Origin: a virus
Lineage: Duplodnaviria; Heunggongvirae; Uroviricota; Caudoviricetes
Strand: one strand, 5' to 3'
Length of the DNA: 19,550 nucleotides
IMG/VR virus record: IMGVR_UViG_2529292888_000015
The position numbers and the translations under genes were made by a program. Below the pieces are notes generated by a model, which was not told the DNA's origin, made no database searches, and saw nothing but the letters and a program-made list of their open reading frames with translations. Of the stretch, positions 1-9,183 are shown one piece after another. Numbering within the stretch: the stretch's first letter is position 1; each line of letters starts with the position of its first letter.

Positions 1-52
1 ATGCCATTTGCTCGTTATTTCTGCATTTTCATAAACGTTGGTTTGGGAGAAG
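1..52. repeat. Left inverted repeat of the invertible segment (contains the presumed invertase crossover site)
   Basis: Perfect 52-nt reverse-complement match to 1883..1934; both alternative fibre ORFs begin inside a repeat and so share the first ~17 codons (MPFARYFCIFINVGLGE). Confidence 0.8.
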
Positions 53-495
53 GTGCTCCAGCTATTGGCGTTCCGTTCTTCTGGCCGTCCGCTGCAATGC
101 CAAATACTGTAATCGACAGCTGGTCCTGTATGGTGTTTTTGAAGTTCAACGGCGCGAAATTCTCTGCCACTGATTATCCTGTGCTGGCGAAAGTGTTTCC
201 TTCGCTGGTATTACCTGAAGCCCGCGGTGATTTCATTCGTATCTGGGATGACGGGCGAGGTGCAGACGGTGGTCGCGAATTATTAAGCTGGCAGGCAGCT
301 ACAAACTTTTCTCAGTTTGCCGGGAATATAGGCGAAGGTGCGGGACACGCAATTAACTTTCATGATGGCATCGCCGGAAATCAGCCAGGATTTTCACGAT
401 TTAATTTCACCAGTAACTCTGTGGGTGATGGTGTGAATTTTGTTGCAGTCAGACCGCGAAATATTGCATTTAACTTTCTGGTGAGGGCTAAATAA
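1..495 (+). CDS. Tail fibre C-terminal variable (receptor-binding) domain, orientation-A tip; 5'-partial, the constant N-terminal part would lie upstream of the window
   Basis: ORF starts inside the left inverted repeat; Gly/Asn/Ser-rich fibre-tip-like sequence; its stop overlaps the downstream Tfa start (TAATG at 493..497). Confidence 0.55.
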   Translation: MPFARYFCIFINVGLGEGAPAIGVPFFWPSAAMPNTVIDSWSCMVFLKFNGAKFSATDYPVLAKVFPSLVLPEARGDFIRIWDDGRGADGGRELLSWQAATNFSQFAGNIGEGAGHAINFHDGIAGNQPGFSRFNFTSNSVGDGVNFVAVRPRNIAFNFLVRAK

Positions 496-1088
496 TGAAA
501 CCTGTTTTTGATGAAAATGGGCTGGCTACAGTGCCGGGCGATATGCGTTGTTTTTATTATGATGCTGAAACATCTGAGTATACGGGCTGGTCTGATGAAT
601 ATATTAATACTGGCGTAAGTATGCCCGCCTGTTCCACTGGTATTGACCCTGGCGAAAACATTCCGGGAAGAGTGGCAGTATTTACAGGTAAGGGATGGAG
701 CCATGAAGAAGACCATCGCAATGAGACTGTTTACTCAATCGAAAATGGCGCAGCTGTTACAGTGGATTATATCGGTGCCATCAAAGACGGTTATGTCACG
801 ATTTCACCGTTAACGCCATACGATAAATGGGATGGTGAGAAATGGGTGACAGACACTGAGGCACAACACAGTGCCGCAGTAGACGCGGCAGAAGCACAGC
901 GCCAATCACTGATTGATGCAGCAATGGCTTCCATTAGTCTGATTCAGCTGAAGTTACAGGCCGGACGGAAACTGACTCAGGCAGAAACAACCCGACTTAA
1001 CGCCGTGCTGGATTACATTGACGCGGTGACGGCAACAGATACCAGCACCGCGCCGGATGTCATCTGGCCTGAACTGCCGGAGGCGTAG
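495..1088 (+). CDS. Tail fibre assembly protein (Tfa / Mu U-like chaperone), orientation A
   Basis: 197 aa; conserved Tfa-like C-terminus (LTQAETTRLNAVLDYIDAVTATDTSTAPDVIWPELP); translationally coupled to the upstream fibre-tip ORF. Confidence 0.8.
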   Translation: MKPVFDENGLATVPGDMRCFYYDAETSEYTGWSDEYINTGVSMPACSTGIDPGENIPGRVAVFTGKGWSHEEDHRNETVYSIENGAAVTVDYIGAIKDGYVTISPLTPYDKWDGEKWVTDTEAQHSAAVDAAEAQRQSLIDAAMASISLIQLKLQAGRKLTQAETTRLNAVLDYIDAVTATDTSTAPDVIWPELPEA

Positions 1089-1512
1089 GCCATTCAATAT
1101 CTGGCGCACCGGAAGTATCGACCAGCTCCAGTGCGTCCAGATAATCCAGCCACAAATTATATTGCGTCAGTTCGTCACCTTTCAGACGACCAATAGCCGC
1201 TTTACCGGGCCATTGCTTACTGTTCATGTATTCGTTGGCCTGGTTAATTAGTAGCTGTCTTTCTGATTCAGTAATTTCAATAAGCTCTTCATGCGTGGGT
1301 GGAGGAATATCTGCCCACGCAGGCAGCCCATCATCTCCGGCAATACGGATTTTTCCTTGTGGCGGTTCAGCCATAAACTCACTGATAATATTTTGATTTA
1401 CTTCCTTAGCGTCTGATAAATCCCATCCCTCTGATTTATATTTATCAATCATATCCACAGGGAAAAAAGCATTATGCCTTGCGCTATAAACATATTCGTC
1501 CATATAAATCAC
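1060..1512 (-). CDS. Tail fibre assembly protein, alternative copy (Tfa', orientation B)
   Basis: 150 aa on the opposite strand, convergent with the first Tfa; same C-terminal motif family (LTQYNLWLDYLDALELVDTSGAPDIEWPTPP). Confidence 0.8.
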   Translation of the reverse strand: MIYMDEYVYSARHNAFFPVDMIDKYKSEGWDLSDAKEVNQNIISEFMAEPPQGKIRIAGDDGLPAWADIPPPTHEELIEITESERQLLINQANEYMNSKQWPGKAAIGRLKGDELTQYNLWLDYLDALELVDTSGAPDIEWPTPPAVQAR

Positions 1513-1523
1513 CCTGAATAAAA

Positions 1524-1937
1524 TTACTCACCAACAGCCCACCAACTGTAATTCATCGATACCGTGTCGCTGGTTGATGACGTTCTGTAAGCAGAATTAA
1601 AGCCGGTTAACGTTGGGCCTTCTGCAGTCATCACGAACCCTCGCCCAGCGCCTAAAGGCGCACCGCCATCACCAGAATGAGTAAGCATGGCGCAGTCCGC
1701 TTTTTTGGGGAAAGGGATGCTGAATGTAATTCTCATTGTTTGCGTCGATAATGTCGGCGTAACCGCACCACGACCATATTGCAGGATTTTCCCGTTGGGT
1801 AATTTCATCCATCCATTACCACTGGCAAAAGAGGCCATGTCCGGTATCTGATTTTCCCCTGTCCCCACATCCCGTTTTGCCGCTTCTCCCAAACCAACGT
1901 TTATGAAAATGCAGAAATAACGAGCAAATGGCATCAT
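1524..1937 (-). CDS. Alternative tail fibre C-terminal variable domain (orientation-B tip), probably silent in this orientation
   Basis: Begins in the right inverted repeat with the same N-terminal peptide as the + strand tip; contains a classic fibre-tip motif (GWMKLPNGKILQYG). The annotated Met is unlikely to be a real start; expression would require inversion. Confidence 0.55.
   Translation of the reverse strand: MMPFARYFCIFINVGLGEAAKRDVGTGENQIPDMASFASGNGWMKLPNGKILQYGRGAVTPTLSTQTMRITFSIPFPKKADCAMLTHSGDGGAPLGAGRGFVMTAEGPTLTGFNSAYRTSSTSDTVSMNYSWWAVGE
1883..1934. repeat. Right inverted repeat of the invertible segment
   Basis: Reverse complement of 1..52, ending 30 bp upstream of the invertase start codon. 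Confidence 0.8.
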
Positions 1938-1963
1938 TCCTGCTTTTGTCAGGGAGATCTACC

Positions 1964-2518
1964 ATGCTTATTGGCTATGTACGTGTGTCAACAAATGACC
2001 AGAACACAGATCTACAACGTAATGCGCTGAACTGTGCAGGATGCGAGCTGATTTTTGAAGACAAGATAAGCGGTACAAAGTCCGAAAGGCCGGGACTGAA
2101 AAAACTGCTCAGGACATTATCGGCAGGTGACACTCTGGTTGTCTGGAAACTGGATCGGCTGGGGCGCAGTATGCGGCATCTGGTCATTCTGGTTGAGGAG
2201 TTGCGCGAACGTGGCGTTAATTTTCGCAGCCTGACGGATGCTATTGATACCAGTACCCCAATGGGGCGCTTTTTCTTTCATGTGATGGGGGCCCTGGCTG
2301 AAATGGAACGAGAACTGATTGTTGAACGAACAAAAGCTGGACTGGAAGCTGCTCGCGCACAGGGACGAATTGGTGGACGTCGTCCCAAACTTACACCAGA
2401 ACAATGGGCGCAGGCCGGACGATTAATTGCAGCAGGAATTCCTCGCCAGAAGGTAGCGATCATCTATGATGTTGGTGTATCGACACTGTATAAGAAGTTT
2501 CCGGCCGGAGATAAATGA
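1964..2518 (+). CDS. pin: Serine recombinase / DNA invertase of the Pin/Gin/Hin/Cin family
   Basis: N-terminus MLIGYVRVSTNDQNTDLQRNAL carries the catalytic serine motif; VVWKLDRLGRS and C-terminal HTH (GIPRQKVAIIYDVGVSTLYKK); AGGGAG RBS at 1951..1956; start taken at the internal ATG at 1964 rather than the track's 1928. Confidence 0.92.
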   Translation: MLIGYVRVSTNDQNTDLQRNALNCAGCELIFEDKISGTKSERPGLKKLLRTLSAGDTLVVWKLDRLGRSMRHLVILVEELRERGVNFRSLTDAIDTSTPMGRFFFHVMGALAEMERELIVERTKAGLEAARAQGRIGGRRPKLTPEQWAQAGRLIAAGIPRQKVAIIYDVGVSTLYKKFPAGDK

Positions 2519-2575
2519 AACCGTAGCACGTCGTATGCAAGATCGTGCTGCGGTTTATGCTTACCACTTGAAGAT

Positions 2576-3445
<870 letters not shown>

Positions 3446-3528
3446 CTAACCCTTTGAATTTACATAGCGCAAAAAGATACCTTTCCTCATAATGTGAGCT
3501 AATTTTATGTTTCGTTTGATGATCGGGT

Positions 3529-3590
3529 CGGTCTCGAAAACCGGAGTAGGGGCAACTCTACCGGGGGTTCAAATCCCCCTCTCTCCGCCA
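3529..3590 (+). other. 3' fragment (~62 nt) of a tRNA-Ser(CGA) gene, from anticodon stem to CCA; presumed prophage att core duplicate
   Basis: cggtctcgaaaaccggagtaggggcaactctaccgggggttcaaatccccctctctccgcca matches the anticodon loop (CGA), long variable arm, T-arm and acceptor 3' strand of enterobacterial tRNA-Ser, recalled from memory. No matching 5' acceptor strand (GGAGAG...) upstream, so it is not a complete tRNA. Confidence 0.7.
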
Positions 3591-4172
3591 CTTTATCAAT
3601 GACTTATCTCCCGACTTCCCGCCTTGCTTTTCCTAAACAGAACAATCGTAGAATATTCTTGAAGGGTTAGATCGTCACTGTTTTCTGTTCGATACTGTGA
3701 CATTCAGCACTTGATTCGCTATGGATCTGACAGGAAGGTTTTGAGCGAAAATCTGCAGTTATTCAGTCGTTTTCTTATCGGTCACCATTATTCTTTTAGA
3801 CATTGATCCTACAAAGCTGCCGCAAAGTTGGTGGTGGGAACTGAAGTTGCGTAGAGAAGGGGTCAATACCCGGAGGCAAACATGGGCTGGCAAAAGTGTA
3901 GCGGTATTAGGCGCAGCTATTTAGCCTAGTTATGTTTTATGAAAACTTGATATCATATAAGTGTCTTACTTATTGGCTGTAAATAAGTTTTTCCTAAGGA
4001 ATTGTTTCTTGAGTATCATTTGTAACTGTAACGGAATTTATAATCCTTTGCTTTATTGTTACGGTATTTTTTATCACACCCTATTTTTAGTGGTTTTTTA
4101 TACTGAAGTTTGGCAAAGTGAACTTTATATACATATACTTCATCCTGGTTTCAGTTAAATTGGGGGGATGAT

Positions 4173-4916
4173 ATGGCAACTACATGTTCAGTTATATTGA
4201 TTTTGGAGTCCTTTGATGTTTATTTCGGAAAAGAGAGTGTGTTTCTGGAGAGAGGTTCATCTGTACTTGTCGACTCTAGCTCTAGAGATTTTTTCCTGAC
4301 ATATCCTGAAAGAGTGATAGTGGCGGATTTTGGCGCTGAGTTTATTAGTCGCTATTTGAAAGCTAATAACTTAAGGGATATTTCTGATTGTAGGGAATAT
4401 CCATCTTATTTAAAAATAAACTTTGCTGACTTCAGTTTAATTAAAGGATTAATTAGTTGGGCTAATCACTGTGCTGAATACATAGAAATTTTTGATGAGT
4501 CTATTGCTTTTACATGTCTCTCTGCATTTTCTTCTGAAAAACAATTTGGAGTATTTCTGTTTGGATGTTTGAAAAGCACAGGGGCTAAAGTTAAAACGAT
4601 TATTCATACGGATTTATCTGCACCATGGCGTCTTAAGGATATATCATCAAGATTATATCTCAGCGAAAGTTTACTAAAGAGGAAATTGAAAGAAGAGGGG
4701 GTATCATTCAGTAAGATCATACTTGATGAGAGGATGCAAATGGCTGAATATTTACTCAGCACTCGTTGTTATCCTATTAGTAAAGTAGCTAAGGTCTGTG
4801 GTTATGCCAGTGTCTCATACTTTACTTATGTATTTAGACGTTATTTTGGTGTTTCTCCAAGTCAATACTCTCAGAGGAGTTCAGAAAGTAAAATTCTTAC
4901 TCACCAGGGAATCTGA
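4173..4916 (+). CDS. AraC/XylS-family transcriptional regulator (AppY/EnvY/Rns-like small activator)
   Basis: 247 aa; C-terminal AraC-type double HTH (SKIILDERMQMAEYLLSTRCYPISKVAKVCGYASVSYFTYVFRRYFGVSPSQY); AT-rich gene with an extremely AT-rich upstream region. Confidence 0.85.
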   Translation: MATTCSVILILESFDVYFGKESVFLERGSSVLVDSSSRDFFLTYPERVIVADFGAEFISRYLKANNLRDISDCREYPSYLKINFADFSLIKGLISWANHCAEYIEIFDESIAFTCLSAFSSEKQFGVFLFGCLKSTGAKVKTIIHTDLSAPWRLKDISSRLYLSESLLKRKLKEEGVSFSKIILDERMQMAEYLLSTRCYPISKVAKVCGYASVSYFTYVFRRYFGVSPSQYSQRSSESKILTHQGI

Positions 4917-5400
4917 TCATTGTTCTTGCCCCCTTATTTCCAGACAGGGGGGGTATCTTAAGTTAACGTTACCCGCTGACGTCGATATTCTCGCGGAGAG
5001 CGATAACCCAACGCACTGTGCGGATGGTTTTCATTGTAATGTTCGATCGCCACTGCAAGATTATGCAATGCCGTTCTTACATTCGGTTTCGGCATGAACG
5101 CGATGTAGTCTTCCTTCATCGTTTTCACGAACCTTTCTGCAATTCCATTACTCTGAGGACTGCTGATTGCCGTTGTGCAGGGCTCCAGATTCAACTCTCT
5201 GGCGAACTGCCGTGTTTCATGCGCTCTATACGCTGAACCGTTATCTGTCAGCCACTGGATGGACTGTTCCGGTACTTTATCGCCAAAGCGTTTTTCTATC
5301 GCTCCTAACATGACATCCTGCACTGTCGCTTTATCGTAACCTCCCGTGCTTGCGGCCCAGTCTATGGCTTCACGATCGCAACAGTCCAGGGCGATTCATC
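4917..5400 (-). mobile_element. IS2-like (IS3 family) insertion sequence remnant: right terminal repeat plus the 3' part of the transposase gene
   Basis: 4920..4945 (ttgcccccttatttccagaca) resembles the IS2 terminal inverted repeat as recalled from memory; adjacent ORF encodes only the C-terminal DDE-domain portion of an IS3-family transposase. Upper boundary is approximate. Confidence 0.6.
4958..5323 (-). pseudogene. Truncated IS3-family (IS2 OrfB-like) transposase, C-terminal fragment only
   Basis: 121-aa ORF with [21 protein letters not shown]...[20 protein letters not shown]...[12 protein letters not shown], the C-terminal rve/DDE region; the ~180 N-terminal residues and orfA are absent. 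Confidence 0.7.
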
Positions 5401-5670
5401 TGGGCCAATCCTTGCTCATAACAGGCATTCACTTCAGTCATGGCAGAAAGGTATGCATGCTGGAGAAGTCGTGAAAGAAAAGAAGACTGCTGCGCCGTTT
5501 GTCGTCACGTTTATCTTCATTGGCTATGCAAGTCGTAATACAAGGTGGGACAAAACTGAGACACATAAGGCCTCGCAATGGCTTGCAAGGCTTTACATGT
5601 TTTGATGTGGTGGGACGTGTGAGCGCAGTGTTGATGGGGTAATGCTTTGAATTAGAAGCGGATTCTTATA

Positions 5671-5716
5671 ATTCGTAATGCGAAGGTCGTAGGTTCGACT
5701 CCTATTATCGGCACCA
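5671..5716 (+). other. 3' fragment (46 nt) of a tRNA-Thr(CGU) gene; left att site of the P4-like element
   Basis: attcgtaatgcgaaggtcgtaggttcgactcctattatcggcacca matches the anticodon loop to CCA end of enterobacterial tRNA-Thr (thrW-like), recalled from memory; the 5' half is missing. Integrase gene begins 163 bp downstream. Confidence 0.75.
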
Positions 5717-5878
5717 TCTCAACTTCCTCAAACGTCCGTATTAGTCCATAAAATCTCTGATTTATAACATTTTTTATTCTTTTAAGTCCATAGTAGTCCG
5801 TAACCATCCAGTAGAATCCGGTACTGAATGTGTATAGGATTGTGTATATGTTCCTGTTCGGTCTGGATTCCTATACAC

Positions 5879-7060
5879 ATGCCTTTAAACGATATGCAGA
5901 TTCGCCGCGCTAAGCCTGAAGCTAAAGCCTATACATTTGGAGATGGGCTAGGGTTGTCATTACTTATAGAACCTAATGGAAGCAAGAGTTGGCGGTTCCG
6001 CTATCGCTATGCCGGCAAACCCAAAATGATCTCGCTTGGTGTTTACCCAACGATCACCCTTGCCGATGCTCGTTCCCGTCGTGATGAAGCTCGAAAACTT
6101 GTGGCAGAAGGAAAGAACCCTAGTGAGGTTCGAAAAGAGCAAAAGCTAGCTATGCAAACAGAGTCAGAGAACGCCTTCGAAAAGATAGCCAGAGAGTGGC
6201 ATCAACTTAAATCTGCTAAATGGTCGGCGGGATATGCATCAGACATCATGGAAGCGTTTAAGAACGACATTTTTCCTTATGTCGGAACAAGGCCTGTGGG
6301 AGAGATTAAACCGCTAGAGCTGCTGAACGTTCTGCGTAAAATTGAGAAACGTGGTGCGTTGGAGAAAATGCGCAAAGTGCGGCAGCGTTGCTCCGAAGTG
6401 TTTCGCTACGCAATTGCAACGGGTAGGGCGGAGTACAATCCTGCGGCTGATCTCTCCAGCGCTCTCGAAGTACACCAATCCAATCATTTCCCATTCCTAA
6501 AAGCTGATGAGATACCTGATTTTCTACGTGCCTTAGAGGGTTACTCCGGGAGTAAGCTTGTCCAGATAGCCACGAAATTACTGATGATTACGGGTGTGAG
6601 AACCATCGAATTACGCGCGGCATTATGGCAAGAATTTGATCTGGATAACGCTATTTGGGAAATTCCTGCTGAAAGGATGAAAATGCGTAGGCCACATCTT
6701 GTGCCCTTATCATCTCAAGCGGTAGATTTACTCAATGAACTCAAGATCATGACAGGGAACTATCGTTATGTTTTTCCAGGGCGGAACGATCCGAATAGGC
6801 CAATGAGCGAAGCGAGTATAAATCAAGCCATTAAGCGTATTGGGTATGGAGGAAAAGTCACTGGACATGGTTTTCGTCATACCCTTTCTACAATCCTGCA
6901 TGAGCAAGGTTTTGAGAGTGCTTGGATTGAAATCCAGTTGGCTCATGTAGATAAAAATTCTATTAGGGGGACTTATAACCATGCTCAATATTTTAGTGGA
7001 AGGAAGTCTATGATGGACTGGTACAGTAATTTGATATTTGAAAGACTAAAAAGGAGTTAA
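5879..7060 (+). CDS. int: P4-type tyrosine integrase
   Basis: N-terminus MPLNDMQIRRAKPEAKAYTFGDGLGLSLLIEPNGSKSWRFRYRYAGK is the typical P4-integrase arm-binding start; catalytic HGFRHTLST (HxxR) and C-terminal RGTYNHAQY tyrosine. Start set at ATG 5879 rather than the track's 5828. Confidence 0.92.
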   Translation: MPLNDMQIRRAKPEAKAYTFGDGLGLSLLIEPNGSKSWRFRYRYAGKPKMISLGVYPTITLADARSRRDEARKLVAEGKNPSEVRKEQKLAMQTESENAFEKIAREWHQLKSAKWSAGYASDIMEAFKNDIFPYVGTRPVGEIKPLELLNVLRKIEKRGALEKMRKVRQRCSEVFRYAIATGRAEYNPAADLSSALEVHQSNHFPFLKADEIPDFLRALEGYSGSKLVQIATKLLMITGVRTIELRAALWQEFDLDNAIWEIPAERMKMRRPHLVPLSSQAVDLLNELKIMTGNYRYVFPGRNDPNRPMSEASINQAIKRIGYGGKVTGHGFRHTLSTILHEQGFESAWIEIQLAHVDKNSIRGTYNHAQYFSGRKSMMDWYSNLIFERLKRS

Positions 7061-7063
7061 TTT

Positions 7064-7480
7064 GTGTCTCAACCACTTTCGGAAATATTGACATGGGATG
7101 ATGAACAATGGGAGGTATTTGTCCATGATTGGCTTATTGTCTGTAAATCAGATGATTACCCGTGGAGCGAACGTTTGGGAGGAGCTGGAGATAAAGGTAG
7201 AGACGTTGTTGGATATAAATCGGATCCTAACGTAGAAGGTTATTCTTGGGATAATTATCAATGCAAACTGTACAAAAAAAGTTTAGGGTTCTCTGATGTT
7301 GTAGTTGAGTTTGGAAAACTTATCTATTTTACTCTGAATGGTGATTATCCCATCCCTCAGAAGTACTTTTTTGTGGCACCCTATGATTTATCTACTACAT
7401 TTTCTAATTTATTGAAAAATAAAAACGAGCTTAAAAAAGCAGTCCTTGATTCATGGGATTCAGCAATTTCAAAAAAATAA
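7064..7480 (+). CDS. Mrr-like PD-(D/E)xK restriction-endonuclease catalytic domain protein; probable N-terminal part of a frameshifted effector gene (LmuA-like)
   Basis: GTG start with AAAAAGGAG RBS overlapping the int stop. GDKGRDVVGY ... DNYQCKLYKK ... KYFFVAPYDLSTTF aligns with the Mrr_cat motif order (GDGGIDG ... VQAKR ... GVFITTSGFT). ORF ends at a TAA immediately after an A7 run. Confidence 0.6.
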   Translation: MSQPLSEILTWDDEQWEVFVHDWLIVCKSDDYPWSERLGGAGDKGRDVVGYKSDPNVEGYSWDNYQCKLYKKSLGFSDVVVEFGKLIYFTLNGDYPIPQKYFFVAPYDLSTTFSNLLKNKNELKKAVLDSWDSAISKK

Positions 7481-8070
7481 CTAAAAAGATTGATATTCCA
7501 TTAGATGATGAAATAAAAAAATATATTGAGGATTTTGATTTTAGTATTTTTTACTCTCTACCCTTATCATTGATTTTAAATGATATTGCAAATACACACC
7601 TTTATTTTAAGTACTTTAACGAGCTGTATGTCGTGAGAATCCCTCCAAATGAAATTCCAACATACAATTCAAAAAAAGAGTCTGTATATGTTAATGCACT
7701 GCTTCAAGCCTATTCAGAGCATGGAAATAAAACTTATAGTTCTTTCTTAGAGCTTGATGATCCATACAGACGACACTTTAATAATAGTAGAAATGATTTT
7801 TATTTTGCATCTTCGCTTGAGGTTTTTGTCCGCGAAGTATTTAAAGATGATGTATTCAAAGCATTGAAATGTTACATTTCATCTTCAATTGAACCCGTCT
7901 TTTATGAAGACCATAATTATGCATTTATTAGGTGTAATGCAGTCTTGAAGCAGGCTGTTCTGACACCAATTGCACATTCAGTACTATCAAAAATATGTGA
8001 AGCAAATGATAAAAAAGGAATATGCCATCATTTGGTTAATGATGGTGAAGTAATTTGGACGGTGAGATAA
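7453..8070 (+). CDS. Hypothetical protein; probable C-terminal part of the same effector gene, in a different frame
   Basis: Overlaps the previous ORF by 28 nt; one extra A in the 7471..7477 run would fuse the two into a ~335-aa protein. Stop overlaps the next start (TAATG at 8068..8072). Very AT-rich. Confidence 0.55.
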   Translation: MGFSNFKKITKKIDIPLDDEIKKYIEDFDFSIFYSLPLSLILNDIANTHLYFKYFNELYVVRIPPNEIPTYNSKKESVYVNALLQAYSEHGNKTYSSFLELDDPYRRHFNNSRNDFYFASSLEVFVREVFKDDVFKALKCYISSSIEPVFYEDHNYAFIRCNAVLKQAVLTPIAHSVLSKICEANDKKGICHHLVNDGEVIWTVR

Positions 8071-8528
8071 TGGTTAGAATTTATAATTCAAGTTTAGAAG
8101 TGGCATGTCGAATGGCGAAAGTGCTCGTCGCTATTTATCCTTCTTCATTAAGCCTTGAACGGCTTATTTGTTTTGATTTTATTTTAGTAAATCTTAAGGA
8201 TTTTTTACCTGAAGAGATTAGTCTTCATCCTCCAATACCCCGTAGAGATGCTCAGTTAGCCCTAAAACGAGAGATTGTTTTAGAATCATTGGCTTTGTTG
8301 CAAGGCTATGAACTAGCCTCAAAAATTTATACACATCGTGGTTTTGTATATAAAGCTTCTGAAAAAACATATGCATTTACAAATTCTCTACATAATGAAT
8401 ATGTTGCGCAGATGGAGCATAATATAAATTTGGTGGTTAAGTTATATAGTGATATTCCTGATGAGCAGTTGCAATCAATTATAAAAAATAAAATTGGCAA
8501 ATATGATATGGAATTTAATTATGAATGA
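8070..8528 (+). CDS. Small predicted alpha-helical protein (~152 aa), middle gene of the cargo operon (LmuC/DdmB-like position)
   Basis: ATG at 8070 coupled to the upstream stop; stop TGA at 8526..8528 overlaps the downstream ATG at 8521 (ATGAATGA). No recognisable catalytic motif. Confidence 0.6.
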   Translation: MVRIYNSSLEVACRMAKVLVAIYPSSLSLERLICFDFILVNLKDFLPEEISLHPPIPRRDAQLALKREIVLESLALLQGYELASKIYTHRGFVYKASEKTYAFTNSLHNEYVAQMEHNINLVVKLYSDIPDEQLQSIIKNKIGKYDMEFNYE

Positions 8529-9153
8529 CAATTTTTTTACGTTCAGAAAAATAAAGGTAACCGGATTCAATAAATTAGATGCTATAATTGAATTTGGTTC
8601 TAAATTGACTATTTTATATGGTGGTTCTGACTCTGGAAAAACATACATATATTATTTGATTCGATATTTATTAGGGAGTGAAAAACTAAAAAATAAAGAT
8701 ATCGATCATGCTCAAGGTTATGATTTAGCCTATCTGGAATTTAATTTTCAAGGTAGGGTAATGACAATTGAGAGGTCTCTTCAGGATAGCGCCCATTACA
8801 GATTATATGATTCGAGCATTGAAAATGTTAGTGAAGCTAATCTGTTGATGGTTTTTTCCAAAAGTGCTTCGTCTAAAAAGAGTTTTTCATCATACTTTTA
8901 TGGTAGGTTGAATTTCAAAGAGGCTAAAGTAAGAACAAACTTAAGTAATACTCTTCATAAATTTAATCTTAATAATGTTTTTGAATTTTTTTGTATTGAT
9001 GAATTAAGAGTGTTAACTGAGAAGTCGTTAATTCTTTCTGATATTCCTAGCGAGGAGACAAAAAGAAAGTCTGAATTTAAATTCCTTTTAACTCAGAGAG
9101 ATGATACTAACTCCTTAGCAGAAAAACCAAATAAAAAAGCAAGATATTTTTAA
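8521..9153 (+). CDS. SMC/Rad50/RecF-like ABC ATPase, N-terminal head with Walker A; apparently terminated by an in-frame TAA
   Basis: FRKIKVTGFNKLDAIIEFGSKLTILYGGSDSGKTYIYYLIRYLLG is the SMC_N/AAA_23-type N-terminal strand plus Walker A (GGSDSGKT). The next ORF is in the same frame, separated only by TAA 9151..9153. Confidence 0.65.
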   Translation: MNDNFFTFRKIKVTGFNKLDAIIEFGSKLTILYGGSDSGKTYIYYLIRYLLGSEKLKNKDIDHAQGYDLAYLEFNFQGRVMTIERSLQDSAHYRLYDSSIENVSEANLLMVFSKSASSKKSFSSYFYGRLNFKEAKVRTNLSNTLHKFNLNNVFEFFCIDELRVLTEKSLILSDIPSEETKRKSEFKFLLTQRDDTNSLAEKPNKKARYF

Positions 9154-9183
9154 AAAAATCAAATTGCAAATATTTATGAGGAA

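Larger units (their letters stand above)
1..1934. mobile_element. Invertible tail-fibre host-range switch segment (Mu G / e14 P / P1 C-like), bounded by 52-bp inverted repeats; the left boundary may extend beyond the window start
   Basis: 1..52 is the exact reverse complement of 1883..1934. Between them are two convergent sets of fibre-tip plus tail-fibre-assembly ORFs, and a serine invertase gene starts 30 bp to the right. Confidence 0.75.

Noticed and set aside
381-2463. Antisense or overlapping ORFs within the invertible segment and pin (381..716 -, 1057..1251 +, 1975..2187 -, 2117..2404 -, 2278..2463 -)
   Set aside because: Each overlaps a gene with clear homology on the other strand or frame; no independent support.
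3529-3590. Annotating a complete tRNA-Ser gene
   Set aside because: Only the 3' ~62 nt match; no complementary 5' acceptor strand or D-arm is present upstream.
3961-4158. 65-aa ORF upstream of the AraC regulator
   Set aside because: Lies in an extremely AT-rich promoter-like region, has Phe/Leu/Tyr/Asn-biased composition typical of random AT-rich ORFs and no RBS; more likely the regulator's upstream regulatory DNA.
5671-5716. Annotating a complete tRNA-Thr gene
   Set aside because: The match starts in the anticodon loop; the upstream 30 nt bear no resemblance to the tRNA 5' half.
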